Source: Balanoglossus misakiensis (lineage: Eukaryota; Animalia; Hemichordata). From it: DNA of 64,000 nt. Shown here one piece after another: positions 15,254-27,400 of this stretch; within the stretch, counting starts at the first letter, position 1; each line of letters begins with the position of its first letter. Both the position numbers and the translations under genes were made by a program. A model generated the notes under the pieces. The model did not search any database, had not been told where the DNA came from, and saw only the letters and a program-made list of their open reading frames with translations. The DNA lies in contig CM082583.2 of NCBI GenBank assembly GCA_040954595.2, forward strand, positions 4,579,374 through 4,643,373, given 5' to 3'.

Positions 15254-16793
15254 ACGGACAAACAGACAGATACTATTAGATAGATATATAGGAATATACA
15301 CCAGAAACCTCGCAAACCCCTCACAAAATCTGATGAGATTCCAAGCTCCACTGGAGAAAAATACAAATGCAATATGCAATCGCGTATATTTTACTGGAAA
15401 ACAAATAATTTCTGTTAATATACTACAAACAAGATCCGTGTGTGCAACACCCGGAAGTAAACTGAGGAAATGTAAAAAAAAAGTGCCACAGACAATATAA
15501 GGACACACCTTCCGATCACTCACACACAGCGTGATAGTGAAGATGCTTTCTCGAGAAAAGCTCAGTAAGAGCAAACTTTTGTCTTCGAAACTTTCCTCTG
15601 GACATCGTCAGCAGATGTGACCAATCTGATTAAAATCAGATGTAGGTTACGGAACGTCGACGTCTTTTACTTACGCGGTTCTGTATTGGCATAATTTGAG
15701 TCAAATATACAATGTTCCCATGTAAAAGTTCTTTATTGACGAATAAAAGTAATGCGTTTTTTTCCAAATGTAGTCCACTCGCGGTATCAACATCTTCGCC
15801 TGCCAGGGTTTCTTTGCTCTCCGAAAAATTGGAGCTAACAACCCGTGTGCGAGCGGACGATGCGGTATCAACTGAGATACTGCTTTTGGTCTGCTTGTAC
15901 TTCCACATGCACTTGCCTGTCAAAAATTGACTGCTCGGAAACGCGGAAGTTACTTCGTAAAACTGACAAACCGATTCTTACATAACAGCGATTGCGTGAT
16001 AACACAGATAAATGCAAGGATTTTTTGGGGCCTAATATATTTTGCTATCCAGTTCGATTGGTGTTTTGGAGGTCACTTTATTGGCAACTTTTTGGCAAGG
16101 GCACTAATTTAAAAATCTTTTTGGGTCATTTAACTTCGTTTCAGAATGTCGTACAGGCCTGTTTGCCCAATCCATTCCGTAAGCCAAGCAAATATAATCA
16201 TAGACATGATATAATACAATAACAGAATGGACGGCGCGACCACAGTACTGGGTGTATGTCTGTGTCTCTACTAGGCTATAAAAGTCGCCCCAAAGTATGT
16301 GGTGTCATGTCTCGCTCAAACAGGGTCGTGTAGGGCGTAAATGGACCCATGCTGCGGGCTCGTTGTCAGACTGAGAGGTATACGCCGATTGACACTGAAT
16401 TGGACCACTTAATTCGTAGTTTTTGTCATGCAAAATCTACTGCAAGTATATGTATAGCATACCGCATATACTGTGTAAACGCTTGTTGTTATAACTCTGC
16501 CCCGACACCCCCTCCCCGGCCCACCCCGACCCCGCACGCAGTTTCGCAATCACACTTTCGTCATGCATGCAAGCAAGAAGGGTGGCTATAAACTTAGACT
16601 CCGGGCTCACCTCTTTCCCCCGTATCCCTGGTATTATCAGCGCATACGAGAATGCCAGCAAGACAGCGGCGAATATCAGTCCGACCTCGAGCACGTCGAC
16701 TGTGACAGCCGTCTTGTTCTCCCCGTACGCCGTTGGAAGACCGTACACACGAAAGGTGTCGTACAGGCCATCGTTCGCCGCGGGGCTTTCCAT
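4447..16793 (-). CDS. DUOXA: Dual oxidase maturation factor (DUOXA/NIP/moladietz family), spliced, 9 coding exons, about 463 aa
   Basis: Exons (minus): 16793-16611, 8770-8713, 8371-8237, 8014-7916, 7123-6970, 6560-6349, 5909-5641, 5225-5050, 4552-4447. All introns GT-AG with matching phases, total 1392 nt. Family motifs: IIPGIRGKE-RLYSFIRVTLSLF, YKAF...IGLRSVNITL, YNERFTW, KGLPYPILWIAEYFT, YGWCFWLCL. Confidence 0.95.
5050..5225 (-). CDS. DUOXA: DUOXA coding exon 8
   Basis: ttggcag|VKPIYRSR...NNYDVPPAPRKAPSEHSV|gtaagt; 176 nt; phases match neighbours. Confidence 0.8.
5391..5430. repeat. (GAT)n microsatellite
   Basis: Direct read. Confidence 0.9.
5641..5909 (-). CDS. DUOXA: DUOXA coding exon 7 (last TM plus acidic tail)
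   Basis: GLLCIILAAVIIFMDYRFP...DEDAVYMNVD|gtaagg; 269 nt. Confidence 0.9.
6349..6560 (-). CDS. DUOXA: DUOXA coding exon 6
   Basis: TAFPMFLLANIFF...HYGWCFWLCLIV; 212 nt; transmembrane segments. Confidence 0.94.
6970..7123 (-). CDS. DUOXA: DUOXA coding exon 5
   Basis: AGQISQEF...KGLPYPILWIAEYFTLDGE...AGFFTHICMW; 154 nt. Confidence 0.94.
7916..8014 (-). CDS. DUOXA: DUOXA coding exon 4
   Basis: GDPVYQINERIDYNERFTW...GFGPF; 99 nt. Confidence 0.93.
8237..8371 (-). CDS. DUOXA: DUOXA coding exon 3
   Basis: VNFGQEWEVAK...YKAFTDHEINAT...SVNITLT; 135 nt; N-glycosylation sequons. Confidence 0.93.
8713..8770 (-). CDS. DUOXA: DUOXA coding exon 2
   Basis: ttacag|RLYSFIRVTLSLFIFLVIF|gtaagt; 58 nt. Confidence 0.9.
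15212..15255. repeat. (CAGG/CAGA)n microsatellite
   Basis: Direct read. Confidence 0.9.
15622..15680 (+). repeat. Dispersed repeat fragment (also at about 62754-62806) with ATCTGATT-AA-AATCAGAT palindrome
   Basis: caatctgattaaaatcagatg...gacgtcttttacttacgcggt occurs at both sites. Confidence 0.7.
16611..16793 (-). CDS. DUOXA: DUOXA coding exon 1
   Basis: MESPAAND...IIPGIRGKE then donor GTGAGC; 183 nt, phase 0. Confidence 0.92.
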
Positions 16794-16934
16794 GACTGCC
16801 ACCCGGTCGTTCGAACAACTGGTCAAAGCAGAAAAAAAAACGAACTGCGGTTACTTGCTCAACGAGCAAAATTCTACTTGCGGGGTATACTTAAGAGTAA
16901 AAACATTACCGCAGACTGAAAAATTAAAACTTAC

Positions 16935-17050
16935 CAGTGCAGTCCACGAGTACAGCCCCAGTGAAAGTCAATTGGAGACTGACACAATCAGTGCACGCCC
17001 TTCTGAAACAAGTCTCGGTTCAAACTCAAACGTGCAGTTTGTGCCACTTG
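16935..17050 (-). other. DUOXA: Probable non-coding 5' UTR exon of DUOXA (5' boundary uncertain)
   Basis: On the minus strand, donor CTG|GTAAGT at 16935/16934 and a polypyrimidine acceptor (ttttttttctgctttgaccag) ending at 16819 define a 116-nt intron just upstream of the ATG exon. Confidence 0.55.
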
Positions 17051-18335
17051 TCAGGGTCCGCCAGCAAACAGGAAAGTTTGGCCTTTCTTCTCACGTGACA
17101 CCCGCCTATTAAAGAATGCGGTGTTCGCAGAATTCGGGATGGGCGGAAATACTAAATCAATTTCGTAGTAAACAGTGTGCACAGTGGTCAGTTGCTTTGG
17201 CGAAAGGATACATTCCTTTCACGCTGCAGCGTGAGTTATTGGGCACTGTCTTACAAAGGTAGTGCACCGAGTGGGCGGGACCATGCCTTCACAGAGGCGG
17301 CCACACAATAAGCTTTACTACACATTCATATTTAGACGCCCCGTCGTGGTATTGTAAATTGACCCGGCGTCCACTTGTATATCACCGACCCCGATTTAGG
17401 CAATATCGCGATGGGGCAGTGAGCGCCGTTTGCTCAACGACAAAAGATCAAATATGTATTATATTTTTCACGCCCGTCTTTTAGGGACACCATCAACTGA
17501 ATGCATTACAAGAGATATCTTATCGTCATTTTGTGTGACTGTCGATGTGATTTTTGACGTTGACACAGACAAGAACTTCACGGACCGAAACTAAAAGTGA
17601 AAGGATTGGCCAGTAGAAATCACCCGCCTATGAATAAACACCATCAATTATACAAAAAAGTCTTTGAAATTTCGCAAAGAGGTTGTGTGGAGAGGGTTGA
17701 TCTTAAGATATTAATACGATTACCGTGCACACGTATGCGTTATGTTTGATGCAACATTTTCCCCAGTTCAAGGCAAGAATCTGCGAGGCTAAATCGTCAA
17801 GGAAATATAAATCATTGCACTTTATGGTCAGTAAATATAGCAACCTTAATAATTGACACGTTTGTTTTTGGTTGGAAAACAAGTCTTTGTGGGGTGTCGG
17901 TACTTCGAAGGATATTTCTTACAACTTCGCAGTTTCAAAGTTTCGTTCATGTGGAGGAGTGGTGGTTAAATACAATTACATGTACACGTGGTTGCGTTAT
18001 GCGCGTTTTTTAACCATTCAAGTCCCTTAATACTGTGATGTCATCACGGTTAATCAATGTACGGATTTCACGCTCAGTGAACGCGGATTGGTTCCCAGCG
18101 TCTTTTAAAAGTAAAGAGGCCCCGTGACCGCAGATTGCATTGTAAAGTTTTAAAGTAAGCCAAGGGAAAATACAAATACAGTATCTTATTTTCTCGGAAG
18201 CAGCGTCGAGGTCGACGTGAGTCATCGCGGGAAAAGGCTCGAGGACACGCTTTCCCGTCACTTCATTAGGCTACCTCTCCCTGGCGGGAACAGTTCTTCT
18301 TGAGTGTCCCGATACGGAGCTTTTGAGTTGCCGTC
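16935..18335. promoter_or_regulatory. Putative bidirectional DUOXA/DUOX promoter
   Basis: Divergent start codons at 16793(-) and 18336(+). The interval is CpG-richer than the flanks, with E-box TCACGTGA (~17091), GC boxes GGGCGG (~17140, ~17273), AP-1 TGAGTCA (18218-18224) and E2F-like GCGGGAAA (~18227). Motif function is untested. Confidence 0.6.
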
Positions 18336-18474
18336 ATGCCGGGGCTTGAAACTGGACGACTTTTACTTTTGGCGTCTCTGTGTGTTGGTGTAGTGATATC
18401 GCAAACACCTACAGACACGACGACGCAAGCGACTACCCCGAATCCAGCGGGTACCACTGCGGGCCAAAAGACAA
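18336..18474 (+). CDS. DUOX: DUOX exon 1 (signal peptide plus Thr-rich segment)
   Basis: [46 protein letters not shown]|gtaagt; phase 1. Confidence 0.82.
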
Positions 18475-21400
18475 GTAAGTATTAATTGGCAAAAGTATTA
18501 ATATTAGTATAGTACTAGTGTAGCCCGCTTCGTCTACGCTGTTAAAAAAAGGCGTGTCGTGTGAACCCACGCGCGTCTGGACGAAGCTACTACACAACAA
18601 CAGGTTTGCTGTTTAAGATTTTTTTTTCTTTCTGACAGTAATAGGCCTATCACCGTGCACATTTCTTCCCCACATTTATGTTGCAAGCTAACTTTACGAA
18701 TGTATCAGTAAAAGTTGCGCGGAGACTGCCATGCAAGACCTTTCTCCGATTCAGGTGCCAGATCTCGTTGGTGACTGGTGGTATATAGATAGGGCCTACT
18801 ATGCCTATTGGCAGGCCTGGCCCATTGACAGCCTGGATTTGAACCCGGAAGTATGTTTTCGCATATTCCAGGTCCCACTGCGCTGAGAGTCGGGGCGGGG
18901 TGGGGGTTGTGTGACAGGACCACTTTCAGTTTATTTCTATATATTAGTCGAGTGAGTGTGTATGTGTTTTTTAATGAACATAAAAGTCATTTTTATGATT
19001 ATGTATGCTTTTTTATACTGCATGTATGTACAACTATACTGTATAGTAAGTCCATTTCCACTGACCGAAACACAACAAATCCCCGCAGCCTGAAATACCC
19101 ACTGAGATTCCAAACAACAAGCTTATTTTGTTCGGGAAACAGACATTTATTTGCGAAGGCATGTTTCCTTTCATTTTTTGTTTATTCGTTGTGTACCGCA
19201 CGATAAAAGAACACCGGCGCTCGGACGACGATAATAGTATAACGGAACTTTGCTGCTGGCGTCCCTACCACTTGGTTGTAGCCGAGGAAGTTGGGGGTGG
19301 GGGGGGGGGGGTGGTAGTAGGGATAGAGGCCTTGGCCTACGCACAGAGACTTAGCTACGGGGTCGCAATAAAGCAGAACTTTGTCCCCATTGCAATACGA
19401 ATGTAATGGAGGTATCTCCATGATCTGTCGTATCACCATGGAGAACAGCCAGGCCTTTTCCAGTTCCTCATTGGTGGGCGTGGTCGATGGTCTTTAACTT
19501 TATACAGCATCGAGGTAGGCCTACCAAGGCTGATATGGGACCGTGATTCATCGCAGCAAGCAAAATAAAAAGTATAATGAACCACCAACCGAAATAAACA
19601 TTATTCACTTATTTGCACGTGAGTCGGGCGTTGGCGACCCGTGTTGGCGACAAAACCTCAACACAGTCGCTGTCGGATTTCACACTTCCTACTTCCTCAT
19701 ACGGGGGTTACCCATGAGACCTTGCATATCAAGATGGCGGTGGAAAACTTGAAGGCGAGATATATGATACAAGGATATGCACATGATGATGGGGAAAGGT
19801 GTTTTTTTACGTGGCCGTCGCGCTGGGACCTGGCATAGGACGTGAAGTTTTACTTTTGGCGTAATTCTTTATTCGTAGGTCAGCTAATAGGTGTAGTTAC
19901 TTCGCAAAATGCCAATACACTTGGCAATAATAACTCTGCAAATCCGACGACTCCGATGTCGTCCAGCTCTGCAAGTCAGACGACAAGTAAGTAACTTCAA
20001 ACGCAAAAGTGTAACAGTCCAGTTTTCGTTGAAACTGGTAGGCTTGTCACAAAATGCACAAATGCCTGCATGCGTATATGCACTTGCGCGCATAGGAGGC
20101 TTATACCAACACCAGGTTGGCAAGAAAAACGACCCAACAATGCAACAATGGCCAACATTTACGCTTCTCTGGAACATCCATGCCTTTGAAATTTGGCAAT
20201 AAAGCTGTGTTGAGACTGCATGAGTCTGGGGTTTTAGCTGTGATCTGAACTGCCTGTGATGTACACTACCCATAATTTGGCTCACTTATGCTATAGCTGT
20301 GGTACGCATCTGTAGCAGGTTAGGGGGGGGGGGCTGATCAGCCCCCCCCCCCCCCCCCCCAACGGTACAGCTGCGTACCACAGCTAGCATGGCTAAAGCT
20401 AATTTATTCAGACAAAACAACCATATGGTTGAGGATGGAATCAGTTATTACAAGTACAGCCTTGCAGTTGAAAATGAAGACATAAATTAATCACAGGTGT
20501 GTCGATTGCAACCCATTCCAGGGAAATCATTGTCAAGAAGATTTTCACTGTTTTAATGTTTTGTCAAAATTAAAATAAAAAAAATATCTCAGGTCAAGCA
20601 AGTGGCACCACAAAAAGCCCTACCAGCTCACATTCATGGTCACCATGCATGTTTAGCTGATGTGAAGCTAAGGCTGAGTGCAAATGTGATTTTAAGTTTA
20701 AACAGAATGTTAAATAACACAATCTTTTGTGCACATACTGTTCGATAATATATGCTAATGTTTACAATATTGAGAATCCTATTTTTTAGGCATGGACTTC
20801 ACTTGTGCCATTTTTGGCTGAGGCATTCGCACTCATGTTGTTGTAATAGTGATATCTTGTGTCTGTATGTATGTCTGTTTGTTTCTGTGTATGTATGTAT
20901 GTATGTTTGTTTGTCTGTCTGTCTGTTGGTATGTATTCTCAATAATGGCAGAATGATGGATTTATTAAAGAATACATACCAACAGACAGACAGACAGACA
21001 GACAGATAGGAGTCATATTTGGTTAACAGGAAGAGATTCAAATTGGCAAAAAGTGATTCGATTCTTTGTGGCTATGGTTTGAAAAGTTTGAAATATTTTT
21101 CACATTAACTTGTCTGGGAGTGGTACTATGGAAGTATTGGCATATACACAGAAAAAAATAATAGTGTAGATTGCAGTAGATGGCAAACACCTTTGATACT
21201 TCTTGCAATCTAAACTGACTGTGGTTGTATACTGAGGGTATAATTATAAAAACTTCATTTAATATTTCTTGACAATCAAAGAGTATTAAAAGAATTTAAG
21301 ATGGGTGTGTCAACAATATTTCTTACAGCTTCAATAGAAATTATTTGAAAAGGATGTCGACTTTGATATAAAATTTGCTGTGCTAATTCTCTCTGGTGGT

Positions 21401-24400
21401 GTCTAAGCACCTTTGCCATGGGAGGTATACACTATAGATTGCAATGTACAGTGTTGATCGCAGTCAATTTCGACTATGATGCACAATTCGCATAAATTAG
21501 CATAATTTTGCATAATTAAGTAGGAATATTAATTTTGTAGGTGTAGTGAGTACGCAAAGTAGTACTACAAGCACTGAGTCGCCGACAACAGCGGCTACGA
21601 CGACAAGGCAGACGGCTCAGAAGTCGTCTACTTCCACCGAGCAGAGGACAAGTAAGTAATTAGGCAAAAAAGTCTGCTACAGCCGGCGTCATTGGTGCTG
21701 CAAGAAAAAGGCATGTCAGTGCAGACATTGACACCAGCGTTCATATGCTTGCAACGTTCATCTAAATCAGCGTGGCTTCTAACAACAAGCGATTTGCTGT
21801 GGAGGTTTTGTCGTGTACTTGTACAATAGATTGTCACCATTTGCGCTTCCCAGAATCCTGTGTTCTACCACAGGGACCTCGGACTGAGAAATAAACAATA
21901 GACAATCAGGCAAATGAACAAAGTCAATAAAAGCAAACAATAAACAAACTGACTGGCTCGGTAGAATAATTGTGCTGCCTGGCACATAGTTCTATGCATG
22001 TGTTCAATCAGTCAGTTTGTTTATTTTTTTTTCATGTGTTCCTGCCTGATTGATATCTGTTTATTGATAAAACAGATGATTATTTAATTATCAATCTGAG
22101 GTTTGTCAATCACAAGGCACCCGGCGACATTGTTTTCAAGAGGATTTTCATCATTTACTGTTTTACAAAATAACATCATCATTCTTTGTCATGGTTTCAA
22201 GCAACCATTGGGCTGCATCTCACAGTAATAATCACCCTAAAGCATACATGTGTATTCGTTATCGAGTGATGGAGGTTATAGTGTGATTGTGACTAAAGAT
22301 TTAACCCTTCCACCCCCAGTTCCCTCTTTAGAGGTCCAACCGTACGATAGAAAACAATGGGTTTGGACTGAACCATGGTGGTGAAAGGGTTTAATTGAGT
22401 GTTTTTTTTTCATGCATTTGCTGTTTGGGCGACAGGTTGATCGACATGAGGAATCATGTTTATCACTTGTGTGTGCTGTGTTTTATAATCGGTGTAGAAT
22501 GTCAACTGAATGTGCGAATGAAAGTTCCACAGAATTTAATGAACACAGGTTAACTGGGTGTCCAACACTATAAACCCCTGTTGCACAGGCATTTCTAGGT
22601 TAATGCCAATGGCAAATGAACAACACGCATGCATATTTTTTTGCTTGCAAAACATACCTTTGTTCACAGGGGCTTATGTAATTGGATCGTGGAATTGAAC
22701 AAAATACCTACTCAGCAGCATACATTAAGCTAGTCACTATTAAAGTCAGTAAATATTTTTACAAAAATGCATGTTTGGCATTTTGGACCATACATGAAAT
22801 GGGCATTTCTGTGTGATGTTTCATGGAAACCACATTGTCTGTCTCACAAGCAGTGTTTTTGTTAAGGGTAGTTACTGAGGTAAATGTTACCAGGGTAATT
22901 CCCCAGTCATTTTTCAGGGGTTTGATCCCCATAGTGTATCAAGGCATGATGGGTAGCAACAGCATTATTGGGGTAATTCCCAAGTCATTTGCCGACGTTC
23001 CCCAACTTAAGCAAAAACACTGACTAATGTATCACAAGAGTATGTTTTATATGTAAGACACATTGGCATAATTGCATAGTCATTACATTTGTAAAGTTGG
23101 GTCACTGGTGATGTAAGGTTGATAATGAATTTATGCTTTACAAAAGTTCTTCATGTGCACTCCTGCATTCATTCTGAAGCTGTCAGACTAAGTTTAGCTT
23201 TTTTTTAACGTGTTGCCAATTCAGATGGAATCTAAAGCCAGTTTGTTTGATCCTTTTTCTCTTAGCCCCATCATTAGACCACGAAGAAGAGGCTGGCTAC
23301 GAGGTAGAATATGCTGGATACGATGGATGGTACAATAACAGGGCCCACCCAGAATGGGGTGCTGTGGGTAAGTGTGGCAATAAATACCAAGTAATGTCAG
23401 ATTTTTGAGGGACAGATCATTTGACATGGTGAGGGGGGGGTGATATTTGCCTTTTTAGAGTGGGTCCTCTTTCATTCGTGAAGCTTCGATGCAACTTGAA
23501 ATTGCAGCAATTAAGCCAAGTCGTGGGCAGTTGAAAATCTTTAGAAAGCAAGATTGAATCAATATATGTACAGTATCAAAGCTGTCGTGCCAAATACGTG
23601 ATTGATGTTTAATAGTCAGTAAAATACAAAGTGCGAGCCAACAAATGACCGTGCAGGTCCCGAAGGGTTGTGTTGAACAAGCTTTACTGCCACGACAGCT
23701 CTGAATGTTTCTGCGACAAGTGGACTGCGTCTGATCCTGGGGCTAAGTAGCCATGGCAACGCCTCAACACACAATCACCACTTCACATTCCGCCTCTGCT
23801 AGAGGCATTCTTGTCACCCAGATTTCCTTATCATCTTGCAAGTAGTGGATCGTACTGAGTAGTATTGGTCCACTTAAGTAAATTTTCTGAACATTTGCGA
23901 TGCAATGCCACTAGTTACCCGTCATAGCGTTACAGTGACTCATTGATTGTTTTGTTTTTTATCCAATAGTCCAACTAGACTAACTGAGCGATGCTTGTAT
24001 TAAAAAAATGTGTATGCTCATTTTATATCACACTGTCATTCATTTTTTCAAAGAAAGCTATTGACAGGTATTATGGTTTTAGATCAAGTGCAGCCGAGTC
24101 TCACAAAATGAAATATCAAGTCCCAAGGTCACCCTGACATGGTTGTCTGGTCTGTGTGCTTATAAAGTGTGAATTCTCAGGCAGCTTGACAAAGATTTGC
24201 AGAATGGTGTGTGGTTCTAAGAAAAACCATAAAAAATGTCAGTGCTGTTTTAGAAAAACCACCTGTTGCTTGTGTTTCTTCAAACTGTTTTTGCACAACC
24301 ACGATACCGGGTACGGACACGGCTCTCTCACAAATGTTGTACCGCTTTTTTTTTTTTGACTACGCAGAGAGTGTTTTGACTCGACGACTTCCATCCGCCT

Positions 24401-27400
24401 ACGCCGATGGGGTCTACCAACCGTCTGGCGGGGACAGACCCAATCCGTTCACCGTCAGCGAGATGACCATGAACGGATCCACAGGAATGGGATCAGAAAT
24501 GAACAGAACCGCTTTCATGGTTTTCTTCGGTAAGTATATACATCTGAAGAAATTATGATTGTATCCAGAGATGGAGAAATTATACCCCCCCCCCCCACAG
24601 GATGGAGGATAAACCCTAGTGCACTGCAGATAAAAAAATGGCGGCAATTAAACAGGGGTGAATTTTTTATTTTTAGCAATACTGATTTTGAATTGAAAAT
24701 ACTTGCTGTAATAGGGATTTGTGTTGATTTTGCATTCATGATTCAGTGATGTATAGTTTTATAATCTATATCATATTGTGCATACATGTGTAATATTCGT
24801 GATATGATTCTGGACTCATGGTGATTCCGCAGATAGGAAGCATATCTGGACTCATGTTGATTCCGCAGATAGAAAGCATCTGTCGCTATGTATTTGTGGC
24901 AATCACACCTCATACGATTGAAGGTGATTTTCTCTTGCCATTTGCAGGTTCTTCTTTCGGCATTAAATCTGTCTCTCATTGATTTGCAGGCCAGCAAGTA
25001 GTGGAAGAAGTCTTGGACGCCCAGCGGCCGGGATGCCCTCCGGAATATTTCAACTTGGAGATTCCCGAAGATCATCCTCTGTACGATGAAGGGTGGCGAG
25101 TTATGCCGTTCCTGAGATCCAGATACAATATGGGAAATACCGGATTCTCCCCGAACAACCCCCGGCAACAGGTGATATTTCAGTCGGATTTCTCGCAACC
25201 GCAGATTGATTGACTGTCCGGATTTTGAAGTTTGAATACAGAGTCGACTAGCCTGTTCAAAGACTCGTTCATTTGAATTTACGTCACACTGAGTTGCAAG
25301 AGCAACTGGTTTTGTTCAGAGTGCGTTAAAATTAACCAGAAACATTCTGTACTTTCTGTGTTTTTTTTGCAGTTGAACGAAATCACCCCTTGGATAGACG
25401 GAGGTTTGATGTACGGCACCACCAAGGCCTGGGCCGACGGCCTGCGAGAATTCAAAGGCGGACGACTGGCCAAGAGCGACAGGGGAAACTTCCCGCTAGA
25501 AAACAGTCTGGGCTTGCCGTTTGCAAATCCGCCACCGCCTGCGGAAGCAGCCAAACACACGCTGAAACGAGTGGAAAGATTCTTCAGTAAGTGCTCCGGA
25601 ATATAATTTCTGTTGATTTTGTTTTAGAAGGGAGACGGTGCCGAACGACACTGATGTGACTTTGCTGTTTGTAGATGGATGAACTGTCTGCATTGTTCCC
25701 CAAATGGGAGACACCAACATCCAATGCAAAGTGATCAAAGTAACACGGGGATGTGAAAAAAACAAACAATGCATTGTTGTGTGCCACCATGTACTGGTAT
25801 ATCATAACAGGTACATACTGTAAAACGGGTTATTTTCGCGAGCAATAAATTTTCGCGAAATATGCAAGAGCCAAAAAAATGTGCAAATAAAAAGTTTTTT
25901 CGGGGATAACGATGCACTTAGATATACAATAACGCAAAAATTAACTGTCGTGTAACAGTAGCCTCTTTTGATATCGCGAAAATTTCCTGTCGCAGAAATA
26001 ATCTGTTTTTCAGTATGTACACTTTGATTAGCGAGCAACTTTATCCTGTGGCTCTCCTACCTGCAGTCAAATTAAGACAGGAGATGACTGCTTTCCTTCA
26101 GTACTGTTTGCTGTGTTGAATACATATTTTGATAACGAGTCGATCCTCATCTTGATGTGAGTGTTTGCATTTGATATCGCACAATGGAGTGGACATATGC
26201 TACTTGCCCTGAGGGTTCCCCTTTTTTCACAGCCAACAAACTGGCCGCTTCGTGACCCCTAAGTGACCTTTTCAATATGGCCACTGCACTATGTACAAAG
26301 TTTACAATAAGATGTTTTCTTAGATAACTTTAGAGTTGGGAATTCCTGCTAAAACGTTTATAATCTGGCAAAGTTAGGTACTCCAAACATAAAATTATAT
26401 TATGCCATTGAATTGAATTTTATTTGAATGGAAAATGCAAAACTCCATGGAAATGTGCAAAAGTAGAAAAAAAATTCCAACAAATTGCAGCAATGAGCAA
26501 AATAGTTTAGCAGCCTTACTTACATCTTATACTGTATTTCTCCAAGTAAGAGCCCCTGCTTGGCAAAGGCTCCACCCCCCTTTTATATTGAATTTTCACC
26601 CATGGGGTTATATCCTGAATATCACAAGTACTGATCCTTAAATAGCATTCGACTGAGTAATTAAATGATGTCAAATTGTTCTTTCTATTCATATCAAAGA
26701 ACAGGACAGATTTGTAAGATGTTGCAAGCTTCACACATACATGTAAGGCCAATAGTTCAATTGTCAGGGATTGTTCAGCTCTGTGATTTATGGCATTGCT
26801 TGCATTCCACAATAGCTTGTAGACAATTTGTGAATAATGGTTAGTTTTTTTCCATGCCACAACAATACTCAGTAGCTTGGCATGTTTGTTTATAGTACAC
26901 TTCTTATCAGGCTGTATGGACACTTTGGTTCTCCTTGGATTATAACCTGACAAAATTATACTTCCTTTTACCATCTTGTGGCAGCTCCCTTGTGGACATA
27001 TGCAGTTGTGACTAGCTATTGGTGGACACGAATTTGACAATCCCTCTCCAAAATTTATTTGTTTCGGGGTCAATATTTGCACAGAACTCATCTTGTCTCC
27101 ATCAATTTCATAACCAGTGCCTGCTACTGCATGTATCAAGGCCATTGGGTAGAAGGGGAAGTATAACAATAATAATGTTTTATTTACTTGAGTATTAAAC
27201 GGTACAAATTGAAGAGCAATAACCGATTTGTTGTCCCAACTTCCTGTGCCAACTTTCTGTCTTGTAAGAAATTACTGAGTTCGTATTGGAAGACGGAAGT
27301 GTGGTAATGTTCGACATGTGCACCAGACGTACCATTTCCACAACGTAAAGAACAGCCATAATCTCAGTGTGTAATCTCTTTGACCACAAATTTAGTTTTC

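Noticed and set aside
16567-17112. 181-aa plus-strand ORF overlapping DUOXA exon 1
   Set aside because: Antisense shadow of a GC-rich coding exon and promoter, with no recognisable protein features.
18830-18850. Minus-strand GGTTCAAATCC B-box-like motif suggesting a tRNA or SINE
   Set aside because: No cloverleaf or matching A-box could be identified.
19830-19986. Duplicated exon acting as an alternative first exon with its own signal peptide
   Set aside because: The upstream frame hits TAG at 19836-19838 with no ATG, so it can only be an internal exon unless an unseen upstream exon exists.
26516-27169. 217-aa minus-strand ORF in the 4.9-kb DUOX intron 7, possible nested gene or transposon relic
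   Set aside because: No recognisable domain, non-ATG start and no convincing splice structure; a BLASTX search would settle it.
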